Source: Blepharisma stoltei ATCC 30299
Taxonomy: Eukaryota; Protista; Ciliophora
Length of the DNA stretch: 64,000 nt
Direction of reading: 5' to 3'
Assembly: GCA_965603825.1 (NCBI GenBank)
Contig: CBFDEM010000056.1
Coordinates: 310,001-374,000, forward strand
Made by a program: the position numbers and the translations under genes. This document shows, in pieces, positions 46,527 through 59,400 of this stretch (positions are counted from its first letter, which is position 1; each line of letters opens with the position of its first letter). A model generated the notes under the pieces. That model saw only the letters and a program-made list of their open reading frames with translations. It did not search any database and had not been told where the DNA came from.

Positions 46527-48257
46527 TTAATCAATAGGCTGCTCTTCGTCAGGCTTGTTGGGGGCATTCAGCATATGAGTCAAAATATCTTTAGTGTATT
46601 TCAACCTTTTAGTCATTTCATGATTAGTGCTTTCTTGGGCAGTTGCCAATGGGTAAGTCATTCTTTCACCTTTTTTATTGACATAAGTGACTACCCTGGT
46701 TTCACTGCTCAGAATGATTTCTGTATGGTCTTGGAAGTTTACTTGGACAATTTTATTAGACAATCTGAACATAATTGCATGCCGAGTCCTCATCCATTTT
46801 TTTACATAAACAGGATTTCTCATAGTATTTTCGTCTTCAATTCCTGTCTCCAGCTTTATATCACCTTCTAAATAGCTTCTGAAATGTTGTAAAAGCGTCA
46901 CTTTTTTTTGCAATTCTTTCGGATAGTCAGTTAATGTGTGACTAGTAACAACATCTTGCTTTTCAGGTCCTTTTCTTTCCATATAATTAAATCTATGCCC
47001 AGCAGGCCCTAGCATCACTTTAGTAGCATCATTGAAAAACACTCCTGTAGCCCCATTGCTTAATAAATACCCTAGACCGTATTTTGATGAATAATCAACC
47101 CATTTTTTCACCCAAATTTCTGGCAGTTCTGTATTTCCTTGTGAAGAATTAGGGATAGGTAACTGTTTTGTTTCTTCTTTAGCGCGAGAAACTCTTTCAG
47201 TGTTGACTAATTCTTGACGAGAATTCCTAGATGATTGCTTAGAAATGGCAGGGGCAGTTTCTGTTAGTCTCTGAGTAGACGTCAATTGAGGATTAGACGC
47301 ACTGGGCTGAAATTGACGAAGAAATGATGACGAGGGAGGACATGCTAAGGTTGATGGAGGAAGAAGCTTAGGAATTACATTCCCTTGATGGAAAAATTCA
47401 TGCTCAATAATTTCATCAAGCGATGGACGTTTAGAGGGGTCAGTGACAAGTATGCGGGTTATAAGACTTTTACTTTGCTCACTAAGGGGAACGTGATCAG
47501 GGAAGGAATATGCATTCATGCGGATTCTCCTATAAGTCGTTTTTACGTCAGAAGTTTCAAATGGTGGCTTTCCGACCAAAAGTGTATACATGACTACACC
47601 CAAGCTCCATATATCAACTTCATAAGAATGCCCTTGCTTACCATCTAATACTTCCGGAGCAATGTAATTCGGTGTCCCACAAATTGTCCTTTTTCTTTCT
47701 CCATCATGCTCGAGCCTGGTTGCAAGACCAAGATCTCCAATTTTAACTTCCATTTTGTCAGATAGGAAAAAATTTCCTAGCTTCAGATCCCTGTGAATTA
47801 TATGGTGAGTGTGCAGATATTTCAAACCTGAAATAATCTGCATTGTATAGCATTGCACTTCTAGCTCAGTTAAGCGTTTTCTGCGCCTTAAAAGTTCGTT
47901 CATTGTTTGATTTGTGCACAGCTCAAGCAAAATATAAACATTTTCATTGTCCTCAAAGAAATGCTCAAAACCGACAATGTTTGGATGATGCAGTGAACGA
48001 TGAATTTTTATTTCTGACATCAGTTTCTGCTTCGCTCTAGCCTTAGCTAAAGAAGCTTTTGGAACTACTTTGGCTGCAGCCACCTTTCGAGTATCAAGAC
48101 TAGTAAACTCATAGCATCTTGCAAAGCCACCTTTTCCAAGAAAGCGGCCTTTATTATACCTTCTAATTGCAATATCTCCATTTACTTTTACAACTTTTTC
48201 CTCTACTACCCCAGGAGTTTCACCGTCTTCTTGATTTCTGCTTGATTTGAGGGCCAT
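46527..48257 (-). CDS. PLK1: Polo-like kinase
   Basis: GKGGFARC, HRDLKLGN, RTICGTPNYIAPE; polo boxes WVKKWVDYSSKYGLGY and KWMRTRHAIMFRLSN. Confidence 0.96.
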   Translation of the reverse strand: MALKSSRNQEDGETPGVVEEKVVKVNGDIAIRRYNKGRFLGKGGFARCYEFTSLDTRKVAAAKVVPKASLAKARAKQKLMSEIKIHRSLHHPNIVGFEHFFEDNENVYILLELCTNQTMNELLRRRKRLTELEVQCYTMQIISGLKYLHTHHIIHRDLKLGNFFLSDKMEVKIGDLGLATRLEHDGERKRTICGTPNYIAPEVLDGKQGHSYEVDIWSLGVVMYTLLVGKPPFETSDVKTTYRRIRMNAYSFPDHVPLSEQSKSLITRILVTDPSKRPSLDEIIEHEFFHQGNVIPKLLPPSTLACPPSSSFLRQFQPSASNPQLTSTQRLTETAPAISKQSSRNSRQELVNTERVSRAKEETKQLPIPNSSQGNTELPEIWVKKWVDYSSKYGLGYLLSNGATGVFFNDATKVMLGPAGHRFNYMERKGPEKQDVVTSHTLTDYPKELQKKVTLLQHFRSYLEGDIKLETGIEDENTMRNPVYVKKWMRTRHAIMFRLSNKIVQVNFQDHTEIILSSETRVVTYVNKKGERMTYPLATAQESTNHEMTKRLKYTKDILTHMLNAPNKPDEEQPID

Positions 48258-48451
48258 ATTTTAAATATCGGAATTTAAATTATGGAATTATGGATTTGAG
48301 GTTAAATTTGCAACAAAAAAAACAAGAAATAATTGATTTAAAATAAAATTTTATTTTTCATCACTACACTTATAAATATTTTTAAATAAATTTTTATTCA
48401 TATTCAGAAATTTCGATAAAATTTTTTAAATCCAACCAATCTCTTTATTAT

Positions 48452-49375
48452 CTAATCGAGCTCACTAAGTTCGAATTCCTGATCATTTCTAAAAGCTGAA
48501 AATAACGTCGACAAGTGATATTCCTCGAAACATTCTTTTACCATCCTTCCTCTTAAAAACTGATAGAGCTCGACTCCTTGCAGCTCTAAAATCTTTTCTC
48601 GTTTTAATTCTAGCATCTTTGACAGCAGCCTATGCATCAGTTTTTCCCCCTCAAGCAAAAATAAATCAAAAATTCTAACAGAAATGTCAAATGGTGTGTC
48701 ATATAAAAAAATCGTAATCATATACTGCGCAAAGCAAGAAACGAGCGTTAAATCATTTTCATCAATATGTTTTGATAGATCAGGAAATCTTGATTTTATG
48801 GTTTTTGTGGTGTTATTTATCATATTAATCAGCTTTGGTGTCCCTTGTCTATATGATTTTTACTTAAACATCAATCTTCAATTATACTCAAACATGATTT
48901 GAACGAAAGCTCAAAAAGCTAATTCTTCTTGATTTATATGAATGATTAAGCATCCGACAATAAATCCCATTCCTTGGCAATACCCGATATCAGGGTCATA
49001 GTTCGCATAAGCATATAAAATATTGCATAATTTTTGTTGGCCTATTCCACCTTTTTCTCGAAATAAAAGATGTTCAGGGAATGTTCGATGAAGATCTTTT
49101 TGAATTATATTAGATACTGACGGGTCAATGTTTTCTATTAGCCTGCTATAAACACCATTTGAAAACTGCTGTAATAGCTGGCTTGCTCTAGTTAGAAATG
49201 CTCAAATATCTCCTCTTAGCTCTTCCGGAATTCCACTAATTAGACTATTTCTTAGCCGTAGTTTAGAAACATTATCAAAGTCATTTCGTCTTATTATCAA
49301 ATTTCATTCTTGTCGAGTGAATCCTTTGTGACGGGAATTCAAACTATTACGGGTCGGATTTTTTGGTTTTATCAT
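48452..49375 (-). CDS. TBC-domain Rab GTPase-activating protein; one 15-nt intron
   Basis: GIPEELRGDI-TGA(W), IQKDLHRTFP, YCQGMGF, AF-TGA(W); intron 48849-48863. Confidence 0.9.
48849..48863 (-). other. 15-nt intron GTAAAAATCATATAG
   Basis: GT..AG, A at -6, removes in-frame stop within the TBC domain. Confidence 0.88.
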
Positions 49376-49501
49376 TTTTGTTTTAAAAGGAAATTCCCAG
49401 TCTTTTTATGTAATTGATAATATCAGTTATAATGGAATAGCAAATAATTTTGCGATGGGTCTTAAAATTGATATTTTTGAATTAAAACATAAAGAAATTT
49501 A

Positions 49502-51400
49502 TTAGTATATATCAGGAATATTTGGATAATATCCTTGCTCTTTGCATTCCCAATATCCTCCTATATATTTCCATTCGTCGTTTTCTAATGTAAACCATCT
49601 TGGGAAATAAGTGTCATGATTATCCTCAAGAATCTTCCTTGCTGCTCTTTGCTTTTCTTCTAACCTATGTTTTTCTGAATTTGCTAATTTTAAGTCTCCA
49701 TTTTCCAATGCTCTTTGATCTGGTCTATATCTTGAATCTGTAGTTGGAATTCCAGGCACTAGTTCTGGTACTTGATTTAGCTGTAAAGTAAAATCACTGA
49801 AAAAATAGCACCATTCAAAATCTTTAGGGAATGGATAAGCTCTCCATGCTTCAACTATTTCTCCAGTTTGATTATTCACAACATCCATCCCTCCATTCCA
49901 TGTTCCTTCTAGCTTGTAATGCTCCTTTCCATATGCATCATAAATATTTCCTTCGACTTCTGTAGCTTTTTTCGAAAACCACCCTGTCCTTCTTCAGTTA
50001 ATTTTAGCAAAATCTCCAGTTTCTGTGTTTTTTACATCAACAATTCCATTATGCTCGACCCAAATTTTCCCAAAAATAATGTTATGAACACGAGTTTGGG
50101 GTTTATTTCAGACAAAATGGTCATTATAGGGTTTCAATATTAAATGATAGTTAGCTTGTGGCTCTACTAATAGGTGCGTCCCTTTAAAAGAAGTTTTTAC
50201 TTGGACGCTGGCCCAAAACACATACTTTTCATGCTCACAGTGCAAAGCAGAAATGGGAGGATGGTGACTTACTTGTTCCAATAATAATCTAAAGCCGTCT
50301 TGTTCATATTCAAAGGTTTCTCCTAATAATGGGTTGAAAGGTTTCATAGTGCGCCACTCACTTGTCGTATAAGAAGTGACAGCAAAGCTTGATACTAAAG
50401 CAAGTCTAAACCTAGGATCTGGATGATCAGCAGCTCGAAGCAAAATTTCATTATACGTTAAATCTTCAGCCCACCTTTGAATAAAGCTTAAAGGCTCATT
50501 AAAATACACAGGAACAGATATTTTGCTGAGCTCTTTCCCGATGGATTCTTTAACAACTTTCCAAATATTAATTTTTTCATTAGGGTCACGTAGGTGGGGA
50601 AGTCTGTCTCTATGTACCGCAATGCTTGATGTTATCGGCCTTTCTATTGGCATCATAACTTCTATTTGTTTAAATTCCTCTATTTTGTCCTCAGAAATAT
50701 GGCTTTGTGCATCTTCAAAACAGTAGCTTTCGTCTTCATTAGGATAACCTGCCATCACTTTTTTCCTTTCATCTTTCATGAATTCTATTGAATTATCAGA
50801 CTGAATTTCATTGTCCGAGCCGATTGAATTATCTTTTTCTTTGATTTTTTTTTGTGTAATTCACATGCTTTTTCTATTAAAATCTTCATCAGTATCAATA
50901 TACTGCAGCACTTCAGTCGCCAAAATCTTCATCTCTTCACATAGAGAAACAATCTTTTCTATTCCCGGGGTAGTTTTTATTAGGGAACTAGGAATTAAGT
51001 CTATAGTCGCTTGCATTTGTGCGTGAACACTTCACATCTCGCCTATTTTTCCATGAATAACTTGGTTTGGGGAGTTTTCAACTGTGTTTACGCTTGCTCT
51101 TGGGTCTTCACTCATTGTCCGCTTCTTGACATCAGTTTGATTTAATTTTAAAGCGCGAATTCAGTCAGCAGCTTCTCCTGGGGTGTATGCTTTTAAATGA
51201 ACTTGGGTGCATCCAGTGTCTATGAAAAATCGACAGGGTTTTAAAGGATGCTTATGAATGTGAGCTATTTCAAGATGGATTATTCCTCTTTGAGGGGAAC
51301 CTTTGTCTTTGCAGTAATGAAGAACGCCATTATAGAGAATAAAATATCGGCGCTGCCAGCCAAAAATGTAGTTTGTCCACTTTAGCAAGTACCCTTCCAT
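49502..51400 (-). CDS. Oxysterol-binding protein (PH + OSBP domain)
   Basis: MEGYLLKWTNYIFGWQRRYF; KPFNPLLGETFE; EQVSHHPP; TDSRYRPDQRALENGD; same-frame ORFs joined by TGA=W. Confidence 0.93.
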
Positions 51401-51747
51401 TAGATTTTTATTGCGCAGGTTTAAATACAGGGAAAATGAGACATTTAAAGAGGTATATAAATTTAAGAGAAAAATTACAATTTTTTTGTGGAACCGATAT
51501 GAAAATTATGCTATATTTTAATAAATAAGTAAAATTTTATAACAAATTTGTCGAGATAACCAAAATGAGTTTGGAGAAAAAATAGAAGGTTATTTAAATT
51601 TTTTAATATTTAATGCTTTCTATTAATAAGTTCTGATAATTAAAATAATTTCTATGTGTAGAATGATTCCTTGTAAATTAAATGAATATATGATTCAAGC
51701 TCTTATGCAATTTATAAATAATATAGTCCATCAATCTAAATTTTAAA

Positions 51748-53629
51748 ATGGTTTTCTGACAAATAGCAAATCAAAAACTTTTTAAATTATAATAAAATTT
51801 CTGAGAAAAGAAGAAAAATCCCAAAAGAAAGAATTGATTATTTATGAAAAAGAGCTAGACGCATTGCTTTTTCTGTTATGAGACTTAGAAATATGTCTCG
51901 AGATCGGATTATATTTGGTTTTGATCCTCAAAATTTAAAATTAAATGAAGAAATTTCTGACTTTAACTCTTATTCAGCTTTGAAATTATTATTTTTGCCG
52001 ACAGGAAAATTTTTGAAAATATGGTCATGAATTATTTTTTTGCTAATAATTATATGGATACTTATTATACCTATTTCAATAGCTTTTATTTATGAAGATG
52101 CTTGAACATGATTTTCAATTGATTTTTCTATTGATCTAATATTTATGATAGATATTTTTATTAATTTTAATAGTGGATATTACAAGTCGTACAAAAATCT
52201 GATTGTTAAAAAGTCAACAATTGCAGCCCATTATTTAAGTACTTGGTTTTTATTTGATTTTATAAATTGCATCCCTTGATCAATCCTATATATTATAAAT
52301 ATCACTAATAGCCAATCTTTTAGAATTCCTATATTGATGAAAGTAATAAGAATTATTAAACCCAGGGAACTAAAAAAGAAATATAACTACTCTCCCTTAT
52401 GAAATTTCGCAAAATTCATATGCTGTATTATTCTTTTTATTCACACGATTGCATGCGGATGATATTTTTTGGGCATGATTGAAAAAATGGACCATCGAAA
52501 TTGGCTCAACCGATATAGCATTTCACATGAAAAAATTTATAAAAAGTATTTAATTTCGCTTTATTGGACTTTTGTAACTTTAACAACAGTAGGATATGGG
52601 GACTTTGTCCCATTGACAAATACTGAAAAAATATATGCCATGTTTGTCATTACTTTTGGAGCAGGATTTTGAGCTTTTACAATTGGATCACTTATTTCGA
52701 TCATAAAACAGCATGAAAATAATTATTCAGGCCTAAATATTAAATTAGCATGTTTTTCAGAGCTGTGCACTCTTATTAATCTTCCTAAAGGATCTAAAGC
52801 AAAAGCTAAAAGCTACATGAAAGAATATTATACAAAAAATTTACAAAACTGAGCTTACCCAGGGATTTTATTGAGAGATTTGGCTCCTAAGCTAATCCGC
52901 GAGTTAAATCATCATATTTATAAACGACTTATACAAAACATTGAGTTTTTCCAATCCAGACCTAACAGTTTTATTTCTTATATAGCTCCAAAACTCAGCT
53001 TGATAAATTTCAAAGCAAAAGAAATCATCTATAAAATGTGAGATTCAGCTGATGAAATGTACTTTTTAAGTCAAGGGAGGATTAATTATATAATAAAAAA
53101 TGGTACTTCTTTTAGAAGTTTATCACAAGGAACTTATTTTGGAGAAATCGAAATTTTAGAAAATATTCCCAGATGATTTGGAGTTATTGTAGTCTCTAAA
53201 ATAGCAGAAATCTTTTTGCTTAGTAAGCTAGAATTTTCAAAGATGCTGCAAGAATTTCCAGAGATTGAAGACGAAGTAATTAAAATTTCAAATAAGAGAA
53301 AACAAAAATATCAAGAAGATATCGATAGAGTAAAAAGTTTAGTTACAGCTGAAACTAAACTTGAGGAAGATTCTGATGAAATTTCAAATATAGCCAATGA
53401 AAATTTAGAATTAGACACAATTGAAGCATTACCTGAAGAATCAGAGATAAATTATATACTGAATAGGTTAGACACATCAACTTATGTTTCTCTCACAACT
53501 GATAGCTATGAAAAGAAAAGAAACAGATCGCTATGATCTAAAGCACTAACAGGCGATCCAAAAGGATGAGTTTATGCTAAAGCAAAAAAATTAAAGATTT
53601 TACTTAATAAGAAATTAATTAGCTGATAG
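51748..53629 (+). CDS. Cyclic-nucleotide-binding-domain (EAG/KCNH-like) potassium channel
   Basis: TM segments, pore TLTTVGYGD, C-linker, CNBD ADEMYFL..G...FGEIE; many TGA=W; start 51748 needs a 16-nt intron (otherwise ATG 51878). Confidence 0.88.
51751..51766 (+). other. Candidate 16-nt intron GTTTTCTGACAAATAG directly after the start codon
   Basis: GT..AG, A at -6; puts ATG 51748 in frame with an open 37-codon N-terminal extension; atypical GTT donor. Confidence 0.5.
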
Positions 53630-53684
53630 CACGAATAAAAATGCTATGCTTCTTTATTATATTTTTAAATAATTATTTAAATTT

Positions 53685-56600
53685 ATGCTTAGATTAAATT
53701 CTCCTGCAAAACTTATTCTGCTATTCAAAGCTTTGGTAATTTTTTCACAAAAACTCACAATAACCCAGCTCAATACTCTTGATAGTTTTCGCTTAGCTGT
53801 AGAAGACTCGCTGACTATAAACTTAAATGAATTTATCTCGGGCCAAAATATAACCTTTGCAATTTCAGGTATTTTTAATATCACTAATGGTGTTCAGCCG
53901 ACAATTAAGCAAAGATTAGTTCCAATTCAATGAATTGAAAAGACTTTTACTGTTCCTCAGCAAGCCCAATATGGAAGCTTAGCCCTTGATCCTAGATACT
54001 CTATTATATACAGTCTAGAAGGATCTACTATAATAGCGTGGGATTATAGTAATATTGCTGAGGTTTTTGAAACAAATACCTATACCATTCAAAGCCAGGT
54101 AAATATTTTATGTATTGATATAATTGAGCATTTTAATGATGTTTATATAGCAACTGCAGAAAAAGTTGTGGGGAATACTAAATATATGATGAGAATGGTT
54201 AATGCTACTGATATAAAAAATATAACGCAAATTGGGAATGCGTTTAGTTATACATATAAAGAATTAGCTGACTCAATAAATTTTTATTATGTGGGAAATT
54301 TTATGTGGATTTTTATGGTGAATTCTGACGTTGTTAATATTTATCAGTTTGATCTTGATTTTAAAATAGCTCCTTCTTTTTCTAGAAGCATTTCGCAAGC
54401 GAACTTAAATCAGCCTTCTGTGAATTTCACAGGATTAGCGACATTTAATAACCTCGCTTATTTGTGTGATTATAATAAAGGAATTTTTATATTTGATCTC
54501 CTGGCATATTTAATCAAAAATTCCTCTACAATCCAAGTCACAAACATTTTTATTCATCCACTGCAATATGGAAATATAATCTCATGCGTATCTCAAAATA
54601 ATTATTTAACTGTGACAACCTCATCTGGCCCAATTGTTTATTACCTTCCTGATTTAAGCTCTCCTCAAACTTATTTCATTTTCCAGCACCCCAATGAGGC
54701 ATCAAGTTTATTTTCAAGTGTAGGCGTAGTCTCTAATCAGATATTCACAATGGGGTATTTTATCAGCCAAATAGTCAATAAAGCTAATTCATATACAACC
54801 ACTTTTAGAGTGTACTCGCGCTCCCAATATCAAAATTCTTCTGTATTACTTGACGAGTGGACATGGAATCTTTATGGAGATGACCTAAACAATAATCCTT
54901 ATCCAGCATTCTCTGTTATATATCAAAATGATAATTATTATTTAATTGCAAACCCAGGCTCAAGCTTAAGAATTTTTCAAGTGATGGAAAATCCGACTTT
55001 ACTATTTGACCCAGGACTAATTATTCCTTACACTTATAAAGCAACTTTAAATGCTTCAAATGATGAATATAGCCAATATCCTATCGCTTTTAATTTTGCT
55101 GTACAAGCTATTTTAAGTGAAAATTTAAATATTTTCCCTTGAAGAGGCAAATATAAAAATCAAGGTTTTATTGCTCTACAGAATATTTCTGAATATTTAA
55201 CGAATCCTATTGATGGCTCTGCCTATATTTATATCCCAATATCAAACTATGCGATAGGGCATAATGTGAGTTATCAATTAGAATTATCAGGAAAAAATGA
55301 TAACCCTCAAAACTATAATACAACGATATCAATACCCCCAAAGATCCAAATCGCATATGAGTACGGTATCTTAGGAGATAATAATTGTCTAGATCCATTT
55401 GTATTGTGATTTCCTTTCAGTTCTTCCATTTCTTTTGTTATAACGATTTGCAATGGAGTTTTGCATACTTGAATAAGCGATGCTACTTCTTTCATTTCGA
55501 TGAATATCAATATAGAGCCCAAAGAAGGATTTACTCAGCAGATAGCAGCAATTCATCAAGCTCAGAATAACATGGAATTACATATATTCATAGAAAGCAC
55601 TCAGTATGCCAATAATGAAACCAATGTGCTATGGGAAGCGTATAATATAACGGTATATGAAGAGCCTTATTTGATTTTTAGCATAGAATTTTCAGATTCC
55701 ATTCCTAGCAGCAAGCTTCAAATCATAAATGATTTACTATTTTCGTTAAGGGGAAATGAAATTCAAGTTTTTAAAATAGAAATAAGCAGCAATAATACAT
55801 TTGAATTAATCCAATATAATCCTATCAATCAGGATACAATAGAAGGAAATATCAGTTTTATGCCTGTGGATTTTGCAATCGACCCTCTATCAGGAACGAT
55901 GCTCTATGTATATGATTTTTTTGAAGGATTAATATGTTTTACTATAGATAATGTTACAACCCAAAATTATAGTCCTACGATGAATGGGATTTACCAAGGC
56001 ATTTTTTTCACAGATGTCGAAATGATTGCAACAAATGAATTTCTTTATATTTTTTCAAAAAGTGTAAATCCTGTCATTATTCAAATTTCCACTGCGAATT
56101 TATTGAAATATAGAAAATTTCCCAGTTTTGGCTGTGTTCCAAGCGACTTTGACGCATCTTACCATTATTTAGCTGTTATGTGTAGCAGCATTGATAATGT
56201 ACAAGTTTTAATTTATGATGTTCATGCTGAAAATTACTGCTCTTTATATACAACTTTGCCTTCAAAAATTGTTGGCTCAATCGCAGTTACATCTGAAGAC
56301 CAATTTAATATATCATATTTGTATTATTTTAATGGAGACTTTTTTACTGAGTATTATTTAGGACAAGTTAGTGATGATAACTGACTGCCTTATTTTCCTA
56401 TTGACTATTTTCCTAACGGAAGCAATGTGATCACTGAATGAGGAAGATTTGGGATTCAGTTTGAAGAGTACAATTTTAGCTCTGCTTTTACAGAAACGTT
56501 ACAGCTCACAACTATTGGGTCGAATTCTAACGCTACCAATAAAATTACTGTGCAGTTTTGCAATATTGGGAATTTTTTGGATCAAAATGAAAAATATAGA

Positions 56601-58226
56601 TACTTAGAAAATAACCTCACAAATTATCAAGGAATAGTAGACGTCACAAATAGTAATTATGCAGGAAGCTTGCCTTTAAATGCATTTATAGGAAATGATA
56701 TTGACTTTGGATATATTTTGTCAAATGATCAAGAGCAGCTAATTTTTTCTAGTGATACTTGTGATCCAAACAGCCAAAATATATTTTGTATAGAAAGCAA
56801 AACAAGGGATATTGGAGCAATTTATAATGATACAGAAGTTTATGATTTTATTATTACAAGTGATATGCAGCTTATATCAATTCCAAACATGCTAGTAGAA
56901 ATTCAATTAGTTACTTTATTGGAGCAGCAAATGTATAATTTATCAGAATTAAACCATGGAAAAACTGTTGCTTGCGATATTTTATGCGAAATCCCAAATA
57001 ATTCCTTTTTATTTGCAGCAGGATGCAATTTAATAGATGGGGCAAATAATACTTTATTTGTTTTGTCGTTGCTGAATTTAAATGATTTTTATAATTCTTA
57101 TACAATATCAATTCCTTATAAAACGTCTATGCTGGAATCCTCAAGCGACAATGATGGCAATCTAAAACTTTATCATTATTGTGGAACAGTTTTAACAATT
57201 TTCAATATTACATCATCTTCAAATAATACTTTTTCCCTGTCTCAGTATGCAACAATTACTTCGCAATCATTATCAATAAATACATTTAACCCAATAAATA
57301 TTGGCTTCATCAATAACACTTATCTTCTTATAGGGGATTCTCAAAACGGGATAATTCGTCTGGTAAATACTCCGAATTCAACTCAAGGGAATTATAAAAT
57401 TTTTGATATTTATATGCCAAGCGATAATATTCTGAACACTATTTCTTCAGAATTATGCTCAATGATTTTATTGGCCAATAAGAAGTCTATAATTACTATT
57501 ATGTCAAATGCTGATGTTTATTTAATTTCTCTGACAAATTCCTATAAAATAAAAAACCATTTCCCGCCGATGTATAGTCTAGCATCTACTCCATCAGGCT
57601 TCCGCACACATTTAACCCCAAAATCAACCTTTATTTCGTTCCCTGTAATTAGGACAGAAGGAATTATTTTATTAAGGATTTTCAACTATTCTGAAACTGC
57701 TTTGAGTGCCATTTATAAAGACATTTCTCTGCCGAATTCTCCAAATTATACCCCTAACTTTGGAGGAAGATTACAGCTTTATAGTGATTTTAATGGTTAT
57801 TTATGGCTATATCACAATCTAATGGCTTATTCACAAGAAATCACCCCACTCAGTGTTTATGAAATTCGGCAAAACCCTCAAGGATACATCTATCATACTA
57901 ATAGCACGTCTATAAATTCTATGAAGTTCCAACTTATGGGACTTAATATTTATGGGTTGGAGTCCTGAAATAGTGTGGAAGCCAGGCTAAAAATAGCTCA
58001 GAAGAAAAGAGATAAAACTAAAAAAGGGGATGGGCCAGATTCAACAAGGTCTAGCTGGAATACATGGTGGTTTTGGTCAATTATTTTTACTTTTTCGACA
58101 TTTTTAATCGGTGGGATAACTTATTTGTGCGTATATTTTAGAGCTCAAAATGAGATTGACTTAACAAGAAAAGAATCAAAAACGTTTTATATTGGAATGA
58201 GTCTTGCAATACCAAATCAACAATAA
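53685..58226 (+). CDS. Large (1513 aa) single-pass type I membrane protein with three beta-rich extracellular modules
   Basis: Five same-frame ORFs joined by TGA=W; hydrophobic N-terminus; many NxS/T sites; C-terminal TM WWFWSIIFTFSTFLIGGITYLCVYF. Confidence 0.82.
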
Positions 58227-58512
58227 ATTAGTCAATTATCTCTCTTTAATATATCTAAAATTAGACTTATAGTAATTATAGCCCTTAATAAATTTATTAT
58301 TTACCTGAACAGCAATTGCTTAATTTATATCAGAATTTGCAAATTTTTTAAACATGAGTTTAATTTTATTTGTTTGTCATATAGGCGAATTCTTTTTTTT
58401 TTTGAATTCACCATTAAGGGCGTCAAAATTCTATTAAGTAAATACTATCAGAATTTAGAAAATTTAAAGCATGCAAAGCACTTGTGTAAATTATAACTAA
58501 ATTATTGTGCAA

Positions 58513-59265
58513 TTAATTTTCCTCTGTTCCGTTTTCAAAAAACGAATCCGAAAGCTGCCGAATATATCTTTTATTTAAGAGCACCACGCTTTTTGAAGTC
58601 GTTTCAGCAATTTTCTTTACATACAATCTTATCCCATGAGGCGTCAGCAAATGATGCAGCTCTCCAACATCAAAGCTTTCGATAAAATGAACCTTTGTCA
58701 GCGTCCCATCGTCTTTTACTTCGTCTCTTACTAGCATTCTAATTAATGATTCTTTTGCAATTTCTTGGAAGCTTTTCAGATATTTACTGTATAGCAAAAC
58801 TTTATTTATTTTCGCATCAGGCAAGTCTTGGTCCAATATGCTCAAAGGTAAAAGGTTGATAGAAATGTTCAGCATATAGTCAATTAATTGGTGGATTGCT
58901 GCTTCTTTTAAGGAATTTTCGTAATGCTCGTCGAAAACTTCAAATAGAAGACTTGATTTTTTGTTGTGGAGATCAGTGCTCAATAGGATTCCGAAAATTA
59001 AAAAAGGCTTAAGTGTGTATGTGTTGTCTTTTCTTCTGAAACAATTCAGGAGTTTGGAGCTTTCTAGAGGCCTTTTCATGCTGATTTCGCAGCCTTGGAA
59101 AATGTCTTTCATTTGCTCAGTGTTGATAGTCCCGTCAGAGGAATATTTTCGGATTCAAAGGTCGACTATATCTGCACTGCAATTAGAGAAACCTAGGCTA
59201 GCTTCTGCATTAGTAATTAAGGTTTCTTCTTTTGTATAATGTTCTCTTGATGATTCGCAGCCCAT
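58513..59265 (-). CDS. N-acylated (MGC) protein with degenerate EF-hand-like region
   Basis: ATG 59265 MGCESSRE, one TGA=W; KSSLLFEVFDEHYENSL resembles a degenerate EF-hand. Confidence 0.65.
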
Positions 59266-59400
59266 AATTTTTATAATTATCAGCATTTTAATCCAATATT
59301 CGTTTTTTTAAAGCTCCATTTGGCAGACTTTTTAATTTTTTTTAAAATATTTTACCAGATTGTTAAAAAATATAAGATAATTTCTAGCAGGCTAGATTTT

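Noticed and set aside
7555-48257. Functional cluster of cell-division genes (kinesin, HAUS7-like, SA, PLK1)
   Set aside because: Interspersed with unrelated genes in mixed orientation; expected by chance in a dense genome
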